64,000 nucleotides of DNA from contig CDPCPM010000076.1 in assembly GCA_976551045.1 (NCBI GenBank), forward strand, positions 6,386,001 to 6,450,000. The letters are read 5' to 3'. The notes under the pieces are model-generated. The model did not search any database and had not been told where the DNA came from. It was given only the letters and a program-made list of their open reading frames with translations. Below, piece by piece: positions 13,030-25,950 of this stretch (position 1 is its first letter; each line of letters opens with the position of its first letter). The stretch comes from Glaucostegus cemiculus (Eukaryota). The position numbers and the translations under genes are program-made.

Positions 13030-14215
13030 GAATGAATTGGTGATGATCTTTGAAAATGTCCAAGATTCTGGAATGGTCACACAGATTGGAAGTCAGCAAA
13101 TGTAGTAATGATATTTAAGTCAAAAGGGAGAGGAGAGAGAACAGAGAAGCTGGCCTGACATCACTTGTCAGCAAAATGCTGGATGTGACAACGGACCACT
13201 TGGAAAATAATAACACCATTGGGTTAAAGTCATTGTTCATCTATGAAAGGAAAATTGTTTGACAAATCTAATCAAGCCTTTTGAGAACATACCTGGCAGG
13301 TAGATAAAGGGGAACCAGTGGATGTGGTGCAAATGGATTTTCAAACAGTGTTTGATCAGATATTGCATGAATAGCTGTTATGCAAAATAGGAGCTGGCTG
13401 GATGGTGATTGGTTAAAGACTAACAGCAGTGGGAATAAATGAGTCCGTGGGATTATTTTGTTGATAGAGAGGCTGAGATAATGGAATGGCCTTGAAATTC
13501 TCATCGAGAAGCACAACATTTGTGTGCACTGCACCACAGAGCAAATCTTTCGCCAAGACCCACTGGACTGGAGGTTTGCAGCAGACATGCTATAATGGGC
13601 CATTTCACGAGAGGAACGCTGTAGCTCTGCTTTCTCTCAGCAGAACGCCAGCTGCAGAACTTTTTTCAGTTCTCAGGCTGGGAAATCCATCCACTGGGCC
13701 AAAACCAGGTTAACCCAGAGTATATGTAGTCTAAATCAACAGAAGAACTCACCTGGTAGAGAAAGGTAAATGAAGAATATTGTTTGATGTAATTTAGTTT
13801 AAATGTTTTAATTGTTTGAGTACTTTAGTGTTTGTTTTGCTCTCTGAATTTTTTATTATTAATTTTCATTTTTGATTGTGAATGTTTCTGAATGGAAAGT
13901 AAAGGAACTCTGCTGTCCTATGTGCGATACCAGACTTGCAAGCATATGAAAGAGTAGAAGCTGCAAGACTATTTCCCTTCACTAGATATTCCAGAACTAC
14001 AGGTCTCAGCATCAATGGCCAACCAGTTGGGAACTATGATAAAGTGGCTCTCAGCCACTGAGTTCTGTTAGGCTGAGATCGATAGATATTTGGGCACCAA
14101 GGGACTCAAGGAATATGGGGATTGGGGGAAAGACATCTGGGATCTGCTAAGATCTTATTGAATGATGGAGCAGGCTCAAAGTTTCATGTGGCCTACACCT
14201 ATTCTATCTCTTCTA
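13030..14215 (+). mobile_element. Decayed CR1 LINE, interrupted at about 13488-13960
   Basis: gattctggaatggtc...gattggaagtcagcaaatgta (DSGMV..DWK.ANV) and gataaaggggaaccagtggatgtggtg...gattttcaaa (DKGEPVDVV..DFQ); CR1 3' tail at about 14150-14215. Confidence 0.7.
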
Positions 14216-14439
14216 CAGAGGTGAGGGAAGATGGAAATTGGTGGGAGAATTGATTAAATCTTCCAGTCGAGGGTGGGAGAAGAAAATGTTATCAATACAG
14301 TGATCCAGGAAAGATGACTTAAAGATATTAGGACTGGAACAAATGGTTCAGCATGTCTTGCAAAGGGAACATATGTCAGACCCTCTGCTCCCAAAGGAAT
14401 TTAATCTATTTTAATTTCAGTGAGGAGCAAGAGATACCT

Positions 14440-14870
14440 TGGGCACTGGCTTCCTGTGAGTGTTGCTGGCCTTTGACTATATTTGGGTGCCCTAAATGAC
14501 TTCTCTTAATGACCTGTATCTTTTCAAGAACAGTTAAGGCTTCCACTCCCTCAATATGCAAATTGTTATTGGAATAATTTCTTCATGATGAATGGCCATT
14601 GTTGACTCCTCCATCTGCACTGCCAGATATTTATGTTGGTCTGAACCTCTTGGACAGATGGATCCCGAGTGGTAAGACCTGCCCTCCTTTTTCCTGACTA
14701 CACACATCAAATGTATTCTCCAACCACACCTGCCGAGTGTAGATGCAACAGGAGTCACTCCAGTACCAGGATCCCAGAGGCCTGTCAAGGATGAGGTTTT
14801 GTTGCCAGTAATCCCAGGACCACCAAGGGAAATGCAGGTTTTATTGCAATGCATAATGTAACACATTGAA
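14440..14870 (+). mobile_element. PIF/Harbinger transposase pseudogene
   Basis: Collinear decayed motifs: VAGL*LYLGALND (14462; cf. IAGFP.V.GAID), KNS*GFHSLNMQIV (14526-14567; cf. NRKGFHSLNVQ), PTTPAECRCNRSHSSTRI (14720-14773), RMRFCC (14788-14805; cf. KMRFRC), AMHN (14846; cf. ALHN). Confidence 0.75.
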
Positions 14871-17800
14871 GACAGCAGCAAGGTGACCTAACAGCCGAGG
14901 ACAAGAGGAAGGCAGCAGCTTCCACAGGCAATACTGCATACGGCATCTGCAGCCATGTGTACCAGCTGAGCGGAGCAGGCTGTCATTGGCCACATGGGAT
15001 ATAAAGGATTCCCTAATGGACAATATTTACAAGGAGCCCACAAAATAAAATACCTCATTTGCAATCTGAGTGATGTTTGCTGCACTCCGATCATTAACAC
15101 CCATGTACCTCATCAGTAACACGGGGGAGTCCAGCTGACACACACAATCCCCTTGTATTCCACAGTGCAAGTGGACTTGCACTGAATGTAAAGCTTCATT
15201 TGAATAATGTCAGGGGCTTGATTAAAAATTCTTTAAGCATCTTACTTAAACAACTGTGACCTCTACACAGAATACATTTTCTTTGGATGAGCGGGACTCT
15301 GCAGGTCCAAACTATTGATCGAATCTTGGGCTCATTGGACTGCTGTTTAACATCAGTGATGGCAAGTCAGCTTTATAGCCACAGGAGCTGAGAGTAATGC
15401 ACGTAACAACGTATTGATCTAATTTTTCATTTGGTGGTTAGGGAGATGCATTGACAGTCTAACGTTTCAAGCCAGTGAATTCCACAATCATTCAGCAATG
15501 AAAAACTCCTCATGAGATTGCAGTTAAGGTTCATTTTAAGTCATTACACTAATTTCAAATGTACAATGGGATGCAACTGATTAACTATTGTGTGTCACTC
15601 AGCTTGCAGTGTGATGCTTTTCTTCCTATACCAGCCATCAGTTCTCATGAACAGCGTCTCCGCTAACCTAGTCTCTGGATTCTTAGACCCTTTTTTGTCT
15701 CCGAGAGAAGGGGCAATGTGATTCATCTTGGCTTTCCAGCTCCCTAACTTTACTGTCTCAGGGATGGTCATGAGTGCTTATTGTAAGAGCAGAACAAATG
15801 GGACAAGAATTGCTCAGTAGTAATCTACCTCTGGTTGTGTAAGGATCATACATAGTCATTGCCAGAATAACACGGCAGATATGGCTCATCTAAATATTTC
15901 ACATTCATGAGGTTGGCTGCAGTGAAGCTTTCAGTTTTATTTTGGGAAATCATTGCTCTATGTCCAACTGTAATCAAGGTGTAGCCCAGGCACTTTCAAA
16001 TGACGACGGTTTTCTAGGTGGGGCATGGCAGAATATGCAACAATGACAGCAGCTGGCACATCAATGTTGTTTATCTCTGCACAAATTAAGAATGTTATTT
16101 GCACATAAGAAGAATATACATCAACAGTGTTAGTGTCTGGAGAATACTCTATGATGCAAATAAAATGATACATTAATGGAAAATAGTAATACTTCCAATA
16201 AGATTAAACATCATAGTGCCTTTTACTGTTTCAGAATCTTGTATGTGGTCTTTCTGTCCTCACAATACATTGCAATGTTGCTTGTGTGGTTGCTGGAGGG
16301 CTGTTACCTTTCACTTTGAGTCCACACAGATGTCCTTGATGAACTACAAGTAGCTCTAGCCCTTAGCAGACTGGTTTTAGACTGCTGGCCCCAACCAATT
16401 GAAAGGACAGTCTGCAGTTGCTGGCTGTAGGATATGGCTGAGTATGCTGCCTGAGAGGCTTCAAGCTACTTCCTGGTGACATGTCGCTGTTCTTGAAAAA
16501 CTGCAAGGTACTCCTGTGCGGTAGAGAGCAGAGTCTATCAGACTGAGATTGAAAAGAAGCAAAAAGACTTCATGCAGTCTCTCTCTGTCTCTCTGCAACA
16601 GCCATTACTGCATCAGTAGGCACGTGACCTCCAGAAAGTAGATCGTGGTCTTTTGGTTCTGCACAATCTCTTGCAAGGCTTGGAGTGGAAGCCCTCCTTT
16701 TTCCTTGTCATTTTTTGCATTGACCAGGCAGGGCTGACATTCTCTCCCTGTCTTGGTGTGTTGTTAAAGTAACCCAATCATGGTCCTCAGCTGTATCCTT
16801 GGGGATAATGTGGATGCATATACAACAACACCGCCCCCCCCCCCCAACCCTTCTCCCAGCCCAGTGAACTCCTACACTGGTGCCAGAGGGGTGGTTGCTA
16901 TGGTACTGCCTGGCATATTACTGTGCTTCCCTCCTGACCTAATCTGCTTATCCCTTGTGTGTTAGTTTTTGGGGTGCCAGTGCAGGGTGTCAGGTGACAC
17001 ATTGTGGGCTTCTTTATCATCATTATCTCTTCACCCCTTCTCCTCTCCCTCCAGTGTCCCCTTTATGTTCTGAGTTGATAAGAAGCCCCATTTCTCCTTC
17101 CTGAGGACATTAGAAGGAGAAATGGGGCTTCTTTTTCTTTCTCCCCCCCCCCTCCCCATACCCTGCAAAGACAGAAGGGCAATGGTTGAACTTGTATGCT
17201 GTGCACAAAGTCCTTGATGGTGGTGTAGCAGCGCAGATACTACTGAGGGTGTCTGCATCTGATTGAATCCACGGAGCTGTCATCATCACACTGATGCATT
17301 ATTTGGTGAGTTTATCTAGGAAATGACTTATCTCCTCCGTTCCTGAGATGATTTGGGTCCCTGTGGCCTCAATGCCTTGAGATGAGGATAGTTCCCAGCA
17401 TGATAAGGTGCTGAGCTCCCGAGGGCCCCACTCCATTAGGGTGGGATCCCTTCTGTTTCTTGCTGTCATGTAGGAGGGTGGGGTTAGTTATGGGGTGGCT
17501 TAGGAGAGGGGCTGTAAATGGTGGGTGTGGATGCAGTAACAGTTCGTGGGGCGGTATTTCTGTGCCTGTATGATGGAATTTCTTGCAGTTTATCTCATGC
17601 TTTGAGGATTCTCACTCTGGGAGGAGATCATTTAAGTCACTTGCTTACTGTCTTTCTGAACTGTGGCCTTGGCTGGTATCCCCTCCATCCACCCCTGACA
17701 CGTAAGCCATCACTTCCGGGATGCATCTCCGTTATAAGGAGTTCAATGGCCTTTTCCTGGAATGGTTGAACTCCTCTCTCCTTCTCTTGCACTCTCCCTC

Positions 17801-19039
17801 AATGGCAGCCATAACATGTGTTGCAGCTGTCCACTTGCCAAGGGAAGGACCCTTCTTTGTTTGTTGAGACTGAGCAGCAGCACTGAACAGAGTCTGGTTG
17901 CATCAGGAACAATCTGGATCCTGCTTTTACTGCTGGATTCTGGGTCACCCTAACACAGTTTCAAACTGGATTTTGCCAATTCCATGATTTTTCTTTTGTG
18001 TGCAGGAGAACAGATTGAATCTTGCTGTAGACTTTTTGCCATGTTTTTAGTGGACATAAAATAGCTGTAATCTAATTTGTAGGCTTTGTGGCCTTTCTCT
18101 GGGAGAGTAAGGAGAGCTATTTGAGTCTCAAAACTAGCTTGTCATATTCAGTGAGCTGACCAAGGACAAGGCTATTTTAGGGAGAAGGCCTTTTGCTGCT
18201 ATCAATGTAGTGTTGCCACATGAGAGCAAGACAGTGATGTGGCATTCAGCCATTTGCTGCGTGTGTCTGGCAGGCAGACAAGCAATAGCTTTGCCAAGCT
18301 TTTCTCAGTGACAGTGATGCCCCTTTAAAGTCATGCATGGTGGTCTACCTCCTTGTATTGGCCTTAAACAAAGGAAGAATTTACCGCTTTGTAACAAAAC
18401 TTTGGCAGTGTGGTAGATGTGGCTGTTGAATAGTGTGATGCATTGGGCAGTAATTTCTGCAGTGCTGAGTAAGAGTGTTTGATTACATCTTTGAAAAATG
18501 CAGGCAAGTAAATTTAAGAAATGCATGAAGACCGCTTTGTGTAAGGGTATGGTGCTGATGAAGGATGAATGGGATCTGGCCTTTTAAGAGTCCAATGAGA
18601 TTTCTCATTATCCTGGAGGATGAATTTAAACAGTGACATTTTGGGTTGTGATTACAATTGTCCCAAGTGACCCATTACACTTTAATTTTTGAAAGAAGCA
18701 GCTCTTGCACATGTGCCCAGCTAGCTCTAACATCTGTCAGTTCAGGGTCTTCCATGCACACTGTCCCATGACCCTTTTAGGAATTGATTCTGCTTTGTAA
18801 ACTTGGATGAACAAAAATGGTATAAGGCATTGCTCCATTTAATGTCAGTGGCAGTGATATATGTCACTTGAAGCTGGTTGCCTGCAATCATCTCTTAGTA
18901 TTGATGTGTGATATTGGGCTAATCAAGGGTGGAAAAAAATTTAATCCAGCCCTGCGCTATTTTTAATGTATTTTTGTTCTACTAGAAGCAAATCTGCAAT
19001 ATATGGGTCCTGTGGGATTCTGCAATTTGTTCTATTTAT

Positions 19040-19830
19040 GTCTTGGATCACATGGAATGGACTAGTAGAACAGGTACATAGGTGGAAGATAAAATTTTAA
19101 TATTAAGAAATGTGAAGTGTTATATTTTGGTGGGAAGAATGAGAAGAGACAATATAAACTGATAGGCACAGTACTAAAAAGGAAACAAACTGAGAAATTT
19201 GGGGGTGTCTTTGTGCATAATTCATTAAGACTGTCAGAGCAAGTTGAGATTTTTTTTAAGCCTATATGATCTTTGCCTTTATAAATAGAGGCATAACAAA
19301 GAAATCATGAAGAATCTTTATAAAGCACTGGTTCAACTACAACTGGAGTTCTGGCTGCTACACTGTAGTAAAGCTTTAAAGGCTTTGGTGAAGGTGAGGA
19401 AGTGATTTACCAAAATGATGCCAGGGATGAGGGACTTCAGTTATGTTGGTAGACTGAAGAAGCTGGGGTGGTTCTCCATGGAATGTTTCAGGGAGATCCC
19501 AGATCATCAAGCATGTAGACTGAGTACACAAGGAGAAATTATTCCCATTGGAGGATGGATCAGGTACTAGGGGACAGAAAGTGCTGAATGGAAAAGAACC
19601 AAAAGTGATATGAGGAAATAATGTTGTTATGGTCTGGACTGCACAGCCAGGAATTATAATGAAGGCAGATTCAGATGTAGCTTTCAAAAGGACTAACGTA
19701 TGTAAAAGAAGAGAATTTGCAGGGCTATGGGGAGAGGATGGGGGCTAGCTGATTGCTTTTATATAGAGCCTGTTTAGACTGGACAAGTTAAATGGCCACT
19801 TCCCATGCTGCAACCATTTTGTGATTCTGT
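19040..19830 (+). mobile_element. Decayed CR1 LINE 3' part
   Basis: aagaaatgtgaagtgttatattttgg (KCEV.HFG-like), ctttataaagcactggtt, tttaccaaaatgatgccagggatgagggacttcagttat, then a 3' tail. Confidence 0.8.
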
Positions 19831-19832
19831 AC

Positions 19833-21722
19833 CTGCCTTTAAAAGGTCTTAATGAGACCCGGACTTCAGCCCAAAACATTATTGAACATTTTAATTGTAC
19901 ATATTGGATGCATTTGCATCCCTACCACAGTTGCATGACCTGAAGTAACTAATCATCTCTCCAACTCCATTGTTAATATGGTCTCAACTTAATTCTTTGG
20001 CCCACAGTCAACCTGCTAGCTCTTGCACATCTCAGTGTCTGTTTCCTGTGTGACTCTATAGAGATCAGCTCTAATTTAAAAAGCCCTACCAAGCTCTAGA
20101 ATTCTTAAGTCTTGGTTGACTGGGTATTTTCTGTGATGTCTTAAAATAACCTCATTCTGGTCCAAAAGCAGTGACTTGTGAACATTGCTGCTGACAGTTT
20201 TCCACCACTTCCATTGCTGTTCTGATCATTAACTCCTTCTTGACTAAAGCTGATAACACAAAATTCCAGTGTTGCTTCACCGCTCTTCTGATGAGGCTGA
20301 CTGTTGTCATTCTCAGCTGATGGCCATTATTACAGTGTGCTTTTGGCACACACAACTGGATTTGAAACTTGATCGCGTGTTTTTTGACATCAGAATGAGG
20401 TGGAGAAGCAGAGCCTGAGCACCCAGCCTGTCTATTATAATAAACTGTTCCCATCATCTGGCAGTTTGTGCTTCACTTGTGCTGGGATGAGGAGAGAGTA
20501 ACTCTTGAAGACAGTATTGCATGCTGCTGGAGGTTCCTGCTAAATTCCAGTACTTGTGTATTGGAGATTGAGTTGCTTCCCATGGCTGTGCTGTGGTGAG
20601 CTCTCTGATAATTATACAGGATGTCAAACATACTGGGCTGCAAGTTCTCTACCCATCTGATAAGTTTTTGGCTTGTAAACATCTCTGTGTGGTAGCACAG
20701 GAAACAGCTACTGAAATGTGCAAGAATTAGAAGCAGAGCTCCAATTGTAAACTGCCTTTAAAAGGTCATAATGAAACCTGTGCTTAAGCCCAAAAGGATT
20801 ACAAAGCATTTTGATTACATACCTTGGACCCATTTGTGCCCGTACTTCAGTTTGCATCACCTGAAGTAACCAATCATCTATCCAAATCCATAGATTCTTA
20901 ATAGGCTCTAATCTTAATTCCTAGGCCCATGGTGAATCTGTGTGACTTCAGTGATGTATTCTTATAATACTGCTATTGCTGTATTGAAATATTACATGAA
21001 ATATTGTTGTTTTGGGAGCAATTCTGTAGATCCTGCTGAATATACTTTGGAAAATGTATTCTGTCTACAGTGAAACAGACTAAGGAACAGAGAAACTGAT
21101 GGATTTTGATTTTGTTCTATAATGGTTAAGCATCATAGTAACAGCATGCAAGTCCTTTCCAGACTTTTCAACTGCAGTTATTCTGGTTAAAGCTCTCTAT
21201 TCAGATTTGGACTCCATTTAAACACGTTTTGATTGTTCATTCACACATTAATACAAGGTCCAGTTTTATATTGGTGCTTGTATTGCTTTCTGTATTTATT
21301 TTCTCCTTCCTCTTGGTGTGAGCAGTAATCTCGTGTTTGATGAGAAGAGCTGTGAAATTGGATGCTACTGTTGGTCTGTAAAAGAATACTCTGGGCTTTA
21401 TGTACTACCTCTGGCATATGGCCTACTCCTCTTTCACATTTGGATAAACAAAGAATCTATTCAAAGTAGTTGTGTGGTGCTTGAGCCCTACCAAGCTCTC
21501 AAATTCCAAAGTATTAGTTGACTGGTTATTTTCTGTGTTGTTTTAAAATAACGTCATTCTGGTTGAAGAGCAGTGCCTTGTGAACAATGCTGCTTACAAT
21601 TTGCTGCCACTTCCATTGGCAGTCTGGTCATTAACTCCTTCCTGCCTAAAGCTGCAGATGCAAGCAAAGTCCAGTGTTGCTTCACTCTTTTGACGAGGCC
21701 GACTGTTGTCATTCTCAGCTGA
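19833..21722 (+). repeat. Old direct duplication in two blocks: A 19833-20015 / A' 20752-20940 and B 20082-20320 / B' 21484-21722
   Basis: Shared anchors ctgcctttaaaaggtc, cctgaagtaac.aatcatct, agccctaccaagctct, tcattaactccttc and gactgttgtcattctcagctga. Confidence 0.9.
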
Positions 21723-24700
21723 CCATGAAGCACCAGGTCAGTTAGTTTCTGAAATGCTGGGTGACAGGGACTTAAGTGTTGAGATTTGAATTACCGTGCA
21801 CAGTGAGCCTTGAATGAGCTACCTCCCTTGGGAGGTGATGATGCATTGCTATTGCAGAGTTGCTTGAGGAAGTGGCTTGCATTCCAGTTTTGTGTATCTG
21901 CCCAAGTACCATGAAAAGCAATTGCAAATGAAGTACCTGTTTGCATAGTAAGCCTTTGTACCTTCCACAGTAGCTGGGAAGTGCCCATACAGGTCAGTAA
22001 ATACAAAACAACTTCAAGTGGCTGTATGGAGTGAGCCACCTAGATTGTTGACTGTAAAGTAGATTGGTTTTTCCTCCCTGATCATAAGTATAGCTCCATT
22101 TTAGTTGCTGTCAGGAATACAGATGTGCCTCCAGAAACACTGGGTGAATACATAATACTGTGCACTGCTTCTGGAGGAATCCTTGGCATCTTTTTTGCAT
22201 GCGCAACAAGTTGCTATTGGCAGAATTTCACTGAAAAATAAGTAGCTTAGCAATAGTACACAATGGCAGTAGGGTGTGTTGATTTGCATGATGGTCTAGC
22301 TAAGGGGTGGCACTCTAGAGGGGTGAATGTGTACTACAGAGCCTCAATTCTGAAACCCTTCCCTGTTCAGGAAGGAGCAATGATTGATGACAACATTGAG
22401 AGTGCTTGGATTTTTAAAGTTGTCAGCATCCAAGAATGCGCATTGGAATTTGGTAAACCAGACATAATATTTCCAGATTTATTGCTGGTATGTTCTGTGA
22501 TCAGTTTCTTTATCCTGTATTGCAAGTTGTAAGTAATCCATTTTATTAATGAATTCCAACCTTTTGAATAAAAGTGTGAAAGCCACAGAAATACCTCAAT
22601 TTATAGCACCAAAGGAGGCTATTCAATCCATTGTGTCATTGCCTTGATGGGAAGGAGATGTTTCTAAAACTGATGGATGTGGTACTTGTGCTGAGGCATG
22701 TTCATTTGTAATTATTGTCCATCCAGAAATTGCAAACTTTTTGGATTCTAACCTCCATGCTCATTGCATTGCTTTGGTTATCCTAAGGGTATGATGTTTA
22801 CCCTGAGCAGCTCTTGGAACTTTGCAATGACAAGAGTTAATACAGATAGTTAATCATTTGCAAAGTTCAAACGGATCGTATTAAAACTGTACAGGCCCAA
22901 AATAAGAAAGTATGATTTGATTTGGACTGTAAAATTTTATAGCTCCTGTTCAAAATAGGACAAATAATGCATCCCTGATTTTTTTTTAATGCATAGAGTT
23001 GTGACTTCAGAGACAAACTAGCTTGTTTTTAACAAGTATAAGTGCAAGATTAATACTGGGCCACTTGCTGAGTGCATCAATGTCTCTGCTGAGAGCACAA
23101 CGTTTATCTCCCTTTCAATTAGAACGTTGTATTTTGAGCACTGCAGTGTAAGGCGTGTAATCCAGCCTAATATGCCAACGCAGGAATGAGGGAGTGCTGC
23201 ATTGCTGGAAGTGTGGGTTTGTGTGGGTGGTGACTGGAATTTTCCCAGCAGCATTAGGAGCTACGAGCCCCCAAGGTGGCCAACTTATGGTCTTAAGTTA
23301 CAAGGCCAATTTCGATCACATTTCACACGAGTTGCTGTCGAGAAGTCACCAAGTTGGAGAGCAGGATTTGAGCAGGTGTTGGACAGATCATTACTATTTG
23401 ATTAACGTTTAAGTTACCCAGTTGCATTCTATGAAGAAGCTGGACCCAATTTTGGTAGCTGGAGTTTATTTAAATATGCTACCTCAGAATAATCTCATTG
23501 AAGACTTTGAGCATTATTTAAAAGTGTATCTCCTTTTGCTGTTGGCCTTAGCTGTATATTTGGCTAAGGAGAACAAGATGAATATACCTGAATATCAGGA
23601 ATCAAGAGCTTCCATGAAGTGTGCTGCAAACTGGGAGTTTCTTGAAAAGAACCAGAGGCCAGGACACCGAGAGCCAGTTAGACTCTAGAATGGGGCTGGG
23701 TGTGGTTCTATGGAGCTCAGACTGTGCTGGGGGAGTCGTGAATGAGCTCCTTCCTGGAGACAATACTCCTCCATCAGATGGATATTTGACCATGGTGGAC
23801 AAGCTTTCCAGGGTAGGACTCCTCCCTCCCTTCCTCCTTTGTCTCCTTGTCTTTGGGCTCTCTCTTCTGGTTATACTGAAGCCCCAGTGGAGCTACAAGC
23901 ACAGATGCCATTTTAGGGATCAAAGGTGCACCCTTCTTCAAACTTTGTGGATTAAAATTCTGCGGCAACGTTCATTAAATGATATCTCCTTTGACTCAGT
24001 CCCCAGCAAACATGCAACTATTTCACAATCTCTATAAATTGAATGGCTCAGCTGGGTTCTTGCTGGTGCTCAAACTAGGCTTCCTTTGCATAACCAGGAA
24101 AGGGGTGAAAGTGTAATGAGTTAAACTGGAATGTGAGTTGCATTTGCAGTCGGCTTGGTCACCATGCTATCGAATGGCAGAGCAGGCTTGGGGCACAGTG
24201 GCCTGCGATGGCAAAGGGATGATCTGCACAGTGGCTTTTCAATATCTGAAAGACAAGTGGAGGCTGTGTGGGATACTTTGTAAAGACTTCCCCAGCACTA
24301 TTGCATAAATGAGATTACCTGGAGGAAAGGAGTCCTTGGCTGTTGGCATCTTGCTCATAGTCTTGGTCTACAGGAAGAGGACATAAGCAGCTGGTAATAG
24401 TCTGCATGGCTTAGGATAGAGAGAGGGGCAAGAGGGGGGAAGTGAACTCTTTTCCCCACCTATGACTTGCCTGCCCCTCCTTCCCACTCCCTGATGGGTA
24501 CAGGATATTGTTTTTCTCGAGGGCTCCACCAGGCCTCATCCAATAACCTGTGTGCCCTCCAACTCCATCCCTGAGTCATTGTGGAAACTGCCTGTTGTGT
24601 GTTGCACACATTCCAACAGTAAGAGCCACTACTGGAAAACTCCCAACTCATCAACATTAAAACATAATTGGTTGTCTGTTTCTGAATCTTTGGACATGTT

Positions 24701-24744
24701 TAACTCCTTGTTCAAAAATTGCAAGGTAAATCCGGGTTTTCAAG

Positions 24745-24955
24745 TACACACAAGAAACTGCAGATGCTGAAATCTGGAGCAAAAAAATAAACTGTTGGAG
24801 GACCTCAGCAGGTCAAGCCGCAACTGTGGGGGCAAGGAGTTTGATGTTTCAGGTCAAGAGGCTGCATCAGAACTCCAAAATGCCGATTATCCCTTTGCCA
24901 TCGCAGATCCTGCTCAATCCTCTGAGGTCCTCCAGCAGTTTGTTTTGTTTCAGAT
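24745..24955. mobile_element. Penelope-derived terminal-repeat element with internal inversion
   Basis: acacaagaaactgcagatgctgaaatctggagc...ggaggacctcagcaggtcaagc, followed by the inverted ctgaggtcctccagcagtttg. Confidence 0.75.
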
Positions 24956-25489
24956 GGATGTGTTTTGTAGCACAAAATTCTCTGTGCCTATTTTGGCTAA
25001 GGGAGCCTCCAAGCTATTACAGATGAGGTTAAACAGAAAGATTGATCCAGCTGCTCAGATTTTCATATTGTTTTTGTTCACTTTGGGTGATGGGCAGTTC
25101 TGGCATTAACTGACTGTTCCTATGGCTCAAGAATGTGGTGTTGAGCTGCCTTCCTGAAAAGTAGTAGTCATGAAGCTACTCCCACCATGTCAATGAGCAA
25201 GACAATCCAGAATTTCAACATTTTCTCCTCCAGGTCTGATTTTTAGAATCAGTCTTCCATGTGTCTGCTCTTCTAGGTGGAAAGGTTTGCAGATTTTGAA
25301 GGTGCTATTCAAAGAAGTTGCTGCAAATTTTTCTGTTGTCTAGGTTTGCAAGGCCAGTACAGAGTCGGCCAGTTGCTTTCGTAGTGGAATCGCATGTCAA
25401 CAGGGTGAGGAAGATTTCCTTCCCTAAAGGGGGTTATTGATAGAAATTTAAAATGTTGGAGGTGGTATTGGAATGTTGGAATATCCATA

Positions 25490-25950
25490 GATTCCTGACC
25501 TTCCTGGGGAATTTTGATATGATGAGTTCTCCTCCCTACCCAAAGAAAGATGCAGTTGCCTTGGAGCGGGTGCACAGTAAGGGGAATAGACGTGATCCCT
25601 GGAAAAAGCCGTCTGTCCATTAAGGAGAGAGTAAGTAAGGCTACCCCCAAACCCACTAGTATGAAAGGTGACTGGGACATGTACAAATCCAAAAGGGATT
25701 GCCAGGGTCTGCGCTAGACTGTGTAAAAATTAATCTTAGAATCGACTCTTCATATAGAATGGAGATGAGAAATTTCGTTATTGATGGATGTAAATCTTTG
25801 GAATTCTGTAACTAGATTATGTTTGGCATTAAGGGAATCATGGGGCACGAGACAGTCCTGAGGCAAAGGATCAGCATTGATCTAAATGAATGACAGAGGC
25901 AGCTTGAGAGGCAATTTAGGTCTATTCCCACCTATTTCTTATTTTCATGG
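25490..25950 (+). mobile_element. Decayed CR1 LINE 3' fragment
   Basis: aaagatgcagttgccttggagcgggtgcac (KD..ALE.V) and a CR1-like 3' tail. Confidence 0.55.

Noticed and set aside
14890-15110. Second, inverted Harbinger transposase fragment (VQQTSLRLQMRYFIL...YCP)
   Set aside because: Similarity to IEQTIGLLKMRFRCL is too weak to call without a profile search.
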